From Octopus vulgaris (lineage: Eukaryota): a DNA stretch of 64,000 nucleotides. Position numbers and translations under genes: made by a program. Shown here in pieces: positions 53,901-64,000 of this stretch (position 1 is the first letter of the stretch; the number at the start of each line of letters is the position of its first letter). Under the pieces are notes generated by a model. That model saw nothing but the letters and a program-made list of their open reading frames with translations, was not told the DNA's origin and did not search any database. Location: positions 43,772,001 through 43,836,000 of the forward strand of contig OX597814.1 in NCBI GenBank assembly GCA_951406725.2, written 5' to 3'.

Positions 53901-54563
53901 AATATATATATATACATATATATATATATACGTTTGGTACTAATTCTCGTGAGTTCTGTATACTGAAAGACATCATCATATATTTGTTAAAAGGTTTCTT
54001 ATACATATATAACCGATATGCTGCGCTCTACTCACAATATGTGCAAGAATTTTTTCTTATGTATCTCTTGCAAATTTCACCATAATTAATTTTGCATTTA
54101 CAATTACAATCGTATATTGTTTCAGCTGAAATATTTCCCAAGAACAAAGTCAATCTTCAATAAACATATATTTTAGAAATAAAATGATCCCCTAATGCAT
54201 TTTTGTTAAAATGTCTCCAGGAAAGATATTAGATGCGAATTTCAATAACTAGATATGATCAGGTTTTGATAGTTTATATGAGATAATAGAGAAAACGGAT
54301 AAATTGATGAAATAATTAATATTCATAAAAGACGTATGTGTGTACGTGCATGTGTGTGTACGTGTGTGCGTGTGCATATTTTACAATTAAAGAGAATATT
54401 ACTTTTGGAATTTACTCATTGAAAAATAATTGCTTTAGATATGTATCGGATTAAATGGATGTTCATTGTGGTGATTATATATACGTGTACATATTTCCTT
54501 CATGACACAGACACACAGAGAAATCCTGAATGACGGAAACATGTATATACATTTGATATCACA

Positions 54564-54643
<80 letters not shown>

Positions 54644-55049
54644 ATGTTTATGTATGTACGTGTATATGTCTGCGTTTGTGCGCACGTACGTGTATGCCTA
54701 TGCCTGTGTTAGTGCATATATATATATATATACATATCAGACACACACACATATATATATATGTATATGTGTGTATATATACATATACATATATAGATGT
54801 GTGTGTGTGTGTGTGTGCGCGCGCACAGATATACCCGGCGTTGCTCGGGATTAAAGTGGTATAGTTTGTGTATAATATATTACGGTTATGTTGAAACTGG
54901 TGATATGGGAAAGTGTAGCATTGACAACTAAACAATTGTGGCGTAAATGATTGGCTAATCTGCCTAAGAAACATGCAATGTGTTCGTTTGGAGTATTTCA
55001 GGTTCTAATCTCTCGTAGATAATCGGGGGGGGGGGTATGTAATTTTTGA

Positions 55050-55836
55050 ACGCACCGAAAATCTGTCAGTTGGTATACTCTTTTTGCAGCATTCGGTGAT
55101 GTCTAACACGACTCATCGGGTTTGTTGTCCTACATCACTCATAAAGTAAATTTGGCGGAACTGTGTTTGTTCATTTGTGGTAACAGGTGATAGACTTGCT
55201 CCTGAACTTTGACGTCGGCGTAAATACATATTAAACTATCTTCTTAGATGCACCAAACGATGTCATTTGAAATGTGGAGTTGCATTGTCTGATATCGTTC
55301 GTAAAATCATTTGACTAGATGGAAGTGCCTTCTAGATAGAAAATCCAAAAGAGTTTGACTAGGAGGTGTTAGTGCTGGCAATTTTACCTGACCGCCTGAG
55401 TAGCACATATTGTTTGTTTCATTTGAAAATTTTAAATCTTAACAGAAACGACAATTTGTGTTTAGCACACCACTCAGGACAGAGCTATTATTTTTATAAG
55501 AATGGGATAGATCATATCTGAAAACAGCTTCAGGATTTGTGAAGAACGAACTTGTAAGTAGTCTGTTTCTGAGAGCTATTCTATAGGACCTCCGGCTAGT
55601 CACTAAGACAGTGATTTAATAATCCAGCATTAAGTGCTGCAGCATGCATTTGCTGATCTTGGGAAACGTTCATCTCACTTCTCACTTGAAACTCCGTCTG
55701 ACGTACTGCAGCATGCCTTTGCTGATCTTGAGAAAATCTCATCTCGCTTCTCTCTTCAGACTCGCCTTCGGTTTTCTACAATCCTCCTTGCTTTATACTT
55801 GTTTCTGGAGAGATTACGTCTTTTCTTTGGTGGCAT
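55050..55836 (-). pseudogene. Helitron RepHel N-terminal relic
   Basis: MPPKKRRNLSRNK start; 69-bp charged repeats (55637/55706); NCRFC..NETNNMCYSGGQVKLP; DIRQCNSTFQMTSFGA; KVQEQVYHL; QIYFM. Confidence 0.85.
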
Positions 55837-56590
55837 ATTTTTTCAATATTTTAAACAACAAATTATGAACATAGAAAGAAATTATACATTAATACTTATT
55901 TTTGTAAGCAGTTGTATGTATGTTATATGTTTTTATTTTTGTATGTAGTATAAATAGAAGCACATATATATATACGTATGCATGTATGTATTAAGCACAT
56001 GCACCTTAATTTAAAGGTAAATATGTAACTGTAAATACTTTGCAGCCTTGCAACTGCTGTGAAAATTATTAACTAGTAATTGAACGGTAAATGTGTATTT
56101 TTATATCGCTTGGACCTGCCACCTCATTGTTTTTTTGTCAAGTGTTTCACCTTCAGCAGTTCGTTATGTCAGTCAAACACATACATTGACACACCATTTT
56201 GCTGTTGTGGCCGTAGAGACGGAAAGTTGCCGATGTGGAATGTTGTTCAGATTAGGATGTAAATTATTCATTTGTTTTAAATATAATAGAAATAAGATGA
56301 TCTTAATGTTATCACATGAGAAGTGAAAGTGAAAGAATGAACGTGGAACGGTATTACAGCCTTATCACATTATAGATGATAAGTAATTTTATTTATTATA
56401 ATACAGATGTGACTAATTCGGTGAAAAATTACTTTCATAATTGAAACATCATCACTCTTGTAATGCAACACTTTGTAATTTTGTTTGAAATTGAAAGTGT
56501 AAAACTATTTTCACTTGCTAATGAAACCTGGTCGTTGTAGAGCAGTATCTTCAAATAACTAAAACTGGTTGTTGGGATAACGTAGAATAT

Positions 56591-58119
56591 ATCATCATCA
56601 TCATCATCGTTTAACGTCCGTTTTCCGCGCTAGCACGGGTTGGACGGTTCGACCGGGGTCTGGGAAGCCAGGGGCTGCACCAGGCTCCAGTCTGATCTGG
56701 CAGTGTTTCTACAGCTGGATGCCCTTCCTAACGCCAACCACTCCGCGAGTGTAGTGGGTGCTTTTTGCGTGCCACCTGCACAGGTGCCAGGGGGTTCTGG
56801 CATCGGCCACGATCGGTTGGTGCTTTTAACGTGTCACCGGCACGGAAGCCAGCCAAGGCGGCGCTGGCATCGGCCACGTTCGGATGGTGCTTTTTATGTG
56901 CCACCGGCACAGAAGCCAGTCGAGGCGGCGCTAGCATCGGCCACGTTCGGATGGTGCTTTTTATGTGCCACCGGCACAGAAGCCAGTCGAGGCGGCGCTG
57001 ACAACGGCCACGTTCGGATGGTGCTTTTTATGTGCCACAGGTATCACAACTACTATTTCCATTGATATTTGTTTCGATGTTCATGTACATGCACTTGACT
57101 CAACAGGTCTCTACAAGCACAGCGAGATGTTCTGGGATCCGAGGTACTTTGAATGGGCAGGGGCTATGCGGAACTGGTGCCGGAAGCATCCCGGGTCTTT
57201 GCAGTCACAGCACATCTCCAGAGATCTCGGTCCTTCGCCATTGCCTCAGTGAGGCCCAACGCTCTGAGGTCATGCTTGACTACCTCATCCCATGTCTTCC
57301 TGGGTCTACCTCTCCCCCTGATTCCTTCAACTGTTTGGGAGCGGCACTTCTTCACACATCTCTCCTCATCCATCCGCAGTACATGACCATACCATCGCAA
57401 GCGTCGCTCTTGCACACCGCATCTGATGCTTCTTATGTCTAGCATTTCTCTCAGGGCGCTTACACTCTGTCGTGCATTCACACTGACATTACACATCCAG
57501 CGGATCATGCTAGCTTCATTTCTTTCAAGTCTACGCATGACCTCTGCAGTCACGGCCCATGTTTCACTACCGTGAAGCATGGCAGTTCGCACACATGCAT
57601 CATACAATCTACCTTTCACTCTGAGTGAGAGACCCTTTGTCGCCTGTAGGGGTAGGAGCTTTCTACACTTTGCCCAGGCTATTCGTATTCTAGTGGTGAC
57701 ACTCTCTGAGCATCCACCTCCACTACTATCTTGGTCACCCAGGTAGCGGAAACTATCAACTACTTCTAGTGTTTTCCCTGGAGTGTGATGGGCTCTGTTT
57801 TCTGAGTATTTGTGGTGTCTACTGTCCCTGTGCATCTGCCGCACATGAAAGCTATCTTATCAGTTAATTTCCCTTTGATGTTGCTGCACCTCTTATGCGT
57901 CCATAGCTTACACTGGGTGCATCTTATGGAGTTTCTACCTACACCTTTCCTACAGATCGAGCAGGGCCACCTGCCCGATGGGGTGTGTGCTGAGTTCGCC
58001 TTTCTGCTTACTATAACTTTGGTCTTCGCTACATTTACTCTAAGGCCCTTTGATTCTAACCCTTGTTTTCTAGTTCCGGTAGTGATTCTGCTGTGAGAGC
58101 CAGGTCATCAGCATAGAGC
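56591..58119 (-). mobile_element. 5'-truncated RTE LINE with (ATG)n tail, inserted in the Helitron
   Basis: It begins at LYADDLAL (58119 side). ORF 57164-57844 has VDSFRYLGD, RIRIAWAK, LHGSETW, RRLRWYGHVLRM, RGRGRPRKTW and DRDLWR. The (CAT)n tract on + is at 56591-56608. Confidence 0.93.
56757..57040. repeat. 67-bp GC-rich minisatellite (~4 copies) in the RTE 3' UTR
   Basis: tggtgctttt recurs at 56818, 56885, 56952 and 57019. Confidence 0.9.
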
Positions 58120-58536
58120 ATATGTAAATGAAAATATAGTTTATTCGGTAGACAAAAAATTACTGAATATTTTGATACCCATACGTCAAAATGGGCAACC
58201 TCATTTTGGAATACATAAGGAACAACGCTCGCGCACACACACACACTCTCACACTTTTAGAACATACATAAGGTATGAAACATCAGCATTTCTCTCTCAC
58301 CCGCTATCCCTGTCCTTTATCTTCTCCTATAGAAACTTGGTTTCTATCTCTGTTTCATTCTCTTGTCTCCGTGTTTTTTTGTTGTTTTTTTTTTTGTTTC
58401 GTCATTCTCCCTCTGATACCGTAAAAGGTTATTTGAAGAAAGCATAAATTGAAAGAAGAGAAAGCGAAAAGAACAGAGAGAAAGAAAATGAAGATCAGAA
58501 AGTGAAAGATGCATGTACGTGTATATGAAAGGGATG

Positions 58537-58582
<46 letters not shown>

Positions 58583-60738
58583 CGCGCGTGCGTGCGTGCG
58601 TGAGCGTGTGTGTGTGTGTTTGTGTGTGCGTGTGTGCGTGCGCGCGTGTGTGAGAGAGAAAGAGAGAAAGGGAGCGAAATAGAGTGAGTGAAGGTGTGTG
58701 TCGTGATGATTGATGTCTTTTAAGGTCCACACGCATGTAGAAAATGTAACGTCATCGTCGCCATCGTATAAAATATTTACGATAGTTGATTTATGGAAAA
58801 GATTATAAATGTTAAATTTTTGAACTACAAATATGTGAATGAGAATTAAGTTTAGTTTGTAGCCAAAATGGTACTGGATCTTTTGATACCCCATATGTCA
58901 ATATCGGAAACTTGGTTTTGGAATGCATAAGGAATATATATGTAGGACAGACTTCTTTCAAACTGAAAATAGTATCTCATTACAATAGAAACGTAATACT
59001 GAAATTATGTTAGAGATTAGAGATTGCTCTGGGCTCGCATTAGGCAAGAAATTGAAGTTTTTAGACCCATGACATTGAATGAACCCTAATTAAGGCATGT
59101 GTAAACTGAACCAGTGTAAAAGATTGCTCGGCGCCCGCGTTAGGCAAGAAGTAAGAAATTATTTTGAAAAAAGTTAAAATGTAAAAATTTAGAGTAGGGA
59201 CAGGGAATTGAAAATGAATGATTTTTTTTTTCTTTGTATAATTGGAATGTCCGTGATCGAAAACAGGAATCCGCTGGAAAAAGAAAGAAAGAAGGAAAAG
59301 AAACAAAGAAACAAAGAAAGAAAAGTGGTGGGGGTTGACGTGCAGATGTACTTGTAAACATTAACCGACCGATTTGGCTGGCATTTCTAGCAATTCCTGC
59401 TACCACTGAACAAGTATTTGCGAATAGCTGTTACGTGGTAGCAGCGCGAGCTAGAAATAGCAGTGAAATCTTTCATTTTTTTTTCTTAGTGAAACGCGAG
59501 CAGTTTCATTTATCGAAGTTGATCCAATTTACAAATGAAAAAGGTTACTACCGAATTCAGCAGAATGAACGAATGGGTTTTACTTGATCAGCATTGCTTT
59601 GATAGAACAATGCTGTGAAAGGCAAGGCGAGAGAAATGGCAAGAGCAAAGGAGAAAGTAGTTATGAATTGAGTTCCAAATGTTGTCGTTTGCCTCAACAT
59701 TAATTTTGGCTGCTGTTTGCTAATGCATGGCTGCTCTGTGGTATTTATAAGAAATCAGACAGGTAGAAGGATGAAGATATCAATGCTACTATAGTTGTGT
59801 AGGGTCATTTGAACTCTCCATACGGTAGCAAGATTGGAGGTGAAATGGATGACAATATATTTCACTTGGCACGGTAGCATCTGGTTAATGTTTCTTACCA
59901 TCTATCTCTGTCCCGTCGTGAGCAGTAAATTTTATTTCCCTGTCGTGGGAAGCAAATGAGAATGAAATGTAAAGGGACAATGTTTTTGAGATTCCAGCTC
60001 GAATCCAAGGAAGGGGTGAAAGGGTTCCCAACAGCTATTAGTAGCAGTGGTAGAGTGTTTATGACGAAATTGTATGCACGCATGTATGTATTTGAGATAA
60101 TACGTTTACTTTAAACTGAATGGGTCTCACATTACAATAAAGAGATGTTATCGTTTCACTTTTGCACGTAATATTAAAATAGTGTAAGAGATAAGAGATT
60201 GCTCTGGACTCGCATTAAGCAAAAAGTTGGGATATTTTGGTTCATGACACTGCATGGATCCTAAGTAAGGCATGTCTAAAATTTCAATGAAATCCGTTAG
60301 GTAGTTCTCGAGTTTTAGGGATTCACACACACAGACGCACACACAAACACACAATCTCATCTGATGTATACACACACACACATACATACATATATATATA
60401 TATACATATATATTGTTTAGGCCTTTTAGAGTATAATTCGCACCATATATACAGTGTTAGATAAACCTACACGATATTTTCAGTAAATGTCAATTTGGTT
60501 AGATCAGGTTGATACATACATTGTGAGCGAAAATGGTTAGAAGGAAATTGTACAGAAGTCGATGAGTGCCACCAATGAAACAAGTTACACAGAGAGTTAA
60601 TGCAATTGATTGTACAAATGAGTACTCATCGTCGAAATTCATGTACATGCATACACACATTTACCTTCACACACATATAATCGTATAGTGTATATATATA
60701 TATATATATGTATATGTATATATATATGTAAATATATC

Positions 60739-60805
<67 letters not shown>

Positions 60806-60985
60806 ATATATATATGTATATGTGTATATATATATATATATATCTAAATGTATATGTAAATGAGAAATTATTTGTATATGTACACATGTACATTATATTA
60901 TACTTTGTACCAATAATTTTTCAAGGATTAGATGTGCAAAGATATTTTACAATTCAAAATAATTTGTCATCCTAGATCTCTAAAA

Positions 60986-60997
60986 ATGATGATTGCT

Positions 60998-61071
<74 letters not shown>

Positions 61072-61091
61072 TATATGCCAGCAATCATCAT
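60986..61091. repeat. Perfect 15-bp inverted repeat enclosing an (AT)n tract
   Basis: atgatgattgctggc (60986-61000)-(AT)n-gccagcaatcatcat (61077-61091). Confidence 0.9.
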
Positions 61092-62479
61092 ATATATATA
61101 TATAAATATATATTACGGTAAGAACTTGGTAACCTGTCAGTTATCAAATCGAATAATCTTCGAAATATTATAAAAGCTTACTGAAATTCTTATTATTCCC
61201 CGAGGTATGTAATGGATATCAATTCAAAATATTATTTTATATGGCAAGGGATTCAGGATTGTATATAAGTTCAGTAAGAAGGTAGATAAATTAATGATTT
61301 TAATTAGTCATTATAGATATTTGTTTTAAGGGTATATTTTTCAACATACTTATTTTAAATATTTTAAATACTAGTTTTAGATTTATATGAGATAAGTTCA
61401 TATTATTTATTCATTGTATTTTTAGATCTCTGTAATATCAAAATTTTATACGTACATACGAACACATAGATTAACACAAAAACATACAACTAATCTGCCA
61501 AAAGAATTGTCATTTTATATATAAAATTCCGACTATGTATCTTGCATCGTACTGTAAATTTGTTTTTCCAAATTGTAATTGTTTATCTTTGCATCAGACA
61601 AGGAAATATGTTCATGGATGTTTTCAGTTGGCGGAAATAAAGCTTTATTGGGAAAGTATAATAATGAGGGGAGAAAAATTTTAAGGAGAGCGAACAAAGA
61701 AATTTGCCACAACAATGGGAACATGGAAGACATAAGAACAAAGTAAAGGAAAAGCATTCTATCTCTAACGCTCATTTGAAATCATCAGAATCCTTAGAGA
61801 CATCCTGGGTCGGATTTCCTTTTGTTTATGCGTTAATTTTTCTTCACTTTGTTTTGTTTTCTTATCTGCAGTGTCTACTTACTTATATACACACAAACAC
61901 ATACACGCATAAGCACAAACATATTTTTTATGATGACGTGGCGCCATGCTCTAGTGGGTTATATGTTCAGTTCATGATCGTAGGTTTTGAGGTTTGTTTC
62001 TCGGTCAAATAAACGCTTTGTGCCATTAAGCTACGAACATCACTTAATTGTGTATTGCATATATCATTTCTTGTGTAAAACCATAACGTGTCTTATTCCT
62101 TTCGATTTTACAAAGAGTGTTGTGGACTGAAATCTTCTGGAGCAATAGCTTATTTATGCTCCATAGTATTTTCATGATATGTATGCTATACACGGCTACA
62201 TACGCTCTCATTTACACAAGAAGCGGTCACTGCTGTTTTAGCGCACATTATAACTACTATAGTTATACGAATATAGTTTGCTATAGTAGTTATATAAATA
62301 CAATAGATATACAAAGTGTGGGGATTAATTCAAAAGTTGCTGACAGGAAACCATCACACCAACGACAAAACAAAACAATACCTAAAATTTAAACCATCCA
62401 GAAAATAATAAACTTTTCGGTATCATCAGTACAATATGCCACGGTTAAATAAGTCAACGTAGGTATAACCACATTGCAG

Positions 62480-62830
62480 GAAAAGGAGCTGGCACATACT
62501 GGCACATGAAAAGTGTATTAACGTTCTTTCTGTTGGCAGAAGTATTATAACGGTCAGCCTTTCCAAAGTATCTCCCTCCACAACAACGTCAACGAAATTT
62601 GCCGTAACACATGGACGATAACTGCATACTCAAAAATGTTCCATGAGGTGAAGCAGCTTTCGAGAAGAGGATCCACTAACCATCTGCGTTTTCCCTAGAA
62701 ATACCACCGTACATGTTACAACAAATCAGTAGCAACATGGAATTCTGAGAGACACTTGCATGTGACCAAGTCAAGTGGAGGAGTGAGTATCTTCAACTGG
62801 AGACCAAAAGAAAAGACGAAAATCTGATCG
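62480..62830 (+). pseudogene. Degenerate RTE LINE C-terminal relic
   Basis: HMDDNCILK.. and TLACDQVKWR resemble the RTE RM...RIPK..LYGE and A.DR..WR motifs. Confidence 0.45.
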
Positions 62831-63689
62831 TAAATACTGCACGAAACCGGACACATTGAGATGAGCAGAGCTGTACCAATGACTATATGTGATAAAATGT
62901 AGGGCATATACATTTGTGTGTGTATACTTATGTATGCGTTCATGAATGCGAATGTATGCATATACTTATGTATATGTAGTTTATTTATATATATACATCA
63001 ATGTCACTGTCTTATCAACATTACAGAATTATATTTCAGAAATCACGAGCTGTGTTAATTTATATCGGTGTCACTGATAAGGAACGCAAGGAGATATTTT
63101 GAGGAGGAACAGAAGATAAGTAAGAAGTAGTAAGCTAGCGGTGTGGAGAAGTGAAGCAGTAGAAAGTGTAACAATAAAAGTACAAGTGTAGCAGATTTTG
63201 TAAGGAGTATCAAAAAGAAGAGACTTTTTGATACGATACATAAAGGGACGTATTTAGATCAATTCAAGGTTGAAGGAGTGGTAAGAAATAATATAATAAA
63301 ATCCGGGAGAGGAAAGGTGGAGAGGAGGGCAAGGAGAGGACCAAATAAGGAAGATGATAAAACAAAAGAATAGGTAAACGTGGGTGGAGTATATAGATCA
63401 ATGTAATTGTTTCATATAAATAAAGGAATGCGTGATCAGTAATAAGAATCATAATAATTTCGGTTGTAGATAGGTTGAAGAGTAGACATTATCCGGAAAG
63501 ATAGAAGACAAAATTTACCTCCGCAATCCCACATTGAACGATTCAGAGGATCCACTGCTCAAGTATTCTAAACTAGGCACACACCTGTAATTTTAGATAA
63601 GAATTTTAGAAGTGAATCAATATATTGGAGTGGAGTGGTATGTGTAAAGTGAGTTGTGTTCTTCTATTGGGTATCTGACCTATACAGTA

Positions 63690-64000
63690 CATGTTGTGGC
63701 GATGATTCATTTTATTTCACATTTGCTATGATTTGATAATTTCTCCACTTCTCTTTCAGCAATATTTTAGTCAATACGGACTACAATGTCTCGCAGTAAA
63801 CAGATGCTTTTTCCTAATTTTTGACTATTAAGTCTGAGTGATTAGCTTTGAATTCTTTGTCAGTTTGAACAGGCATATAACAAGTCATTGTGACATGGTC
63901 ATTGTTATCCACCTTTTCGCACATTTTTATAACATTTCTTGATAGATTTTATGTTGCAGTGTTGGCATATTGTTCAGTGGATATATATAAATTCAGAATT
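63690..64000 (-). pseudogene. R4/Dong-like RLE endonuclease relic running off the window edge
   Basis: YIH*TICQHCNI..EKVDNNDHVTMTCYMPVQTDKEFKANHSDLIVK..CLLRDIVVRID*NIAEREVEKLS, cf. the TDR.I.ANRPDIVV..C.LID...P...N...KE.EK motif. Confidence 0.75.

Larger units (their letters stand above)
54825..60370 (-). mobile_element. Large internally deleted Helitron with nested RTE
   Basis: 3' hairpin cccgagcaacgccggg at ~54834-54849 (terminal CTAG lost); Rep N-terminal relic; internal repeats (58950-59100 ~ 60110-60280); Helitron-like 5' subterminal sequence near 60280-60370. The 5' boundary is approximate. Confidence 0.65.

Noticed and set aside
56757-57040. CRISPR-like regular repeat
   Set aside because: The units are contiguous with no unique spacers, there are no cas genes, and the context is a eukaryotic LINE.

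Overview
AT-rich, microsatellite-dense eukaryotic (not prokaryotic) DNA with no host protein-coding gene that I can support. The repeat inventory suggests a cephalopod, probably Octopus, genome (inference). It contains tRNA/CORE-type SINEs with internal (TA)/(CA) tracts and degenerate CR1, RTE, R4/Dong and HERO-like LINE pieces. It also contains three Helitrons, a Tc1 relic and several Penelope-like element (PLE) relics. Most listed ORFs are microsatellite or antisense artefacts. The most notable signal is a set of non-coding, head-to-head palindromic elements embedded in (TA)n tracts (27403-28449 and 41025-42791), each arm carrying an outward-facing type I hammerhead ribozyme motif with a self-complementary stem III. 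A ~125-bp miniature with the same two termini lies at 53775-53900. About nine hammerhead-like motifs from several unrelated families occur in the window. Boundaries of degenerate elements are approximate, and family and clade names come from motif recognition by eye, not from database searches.
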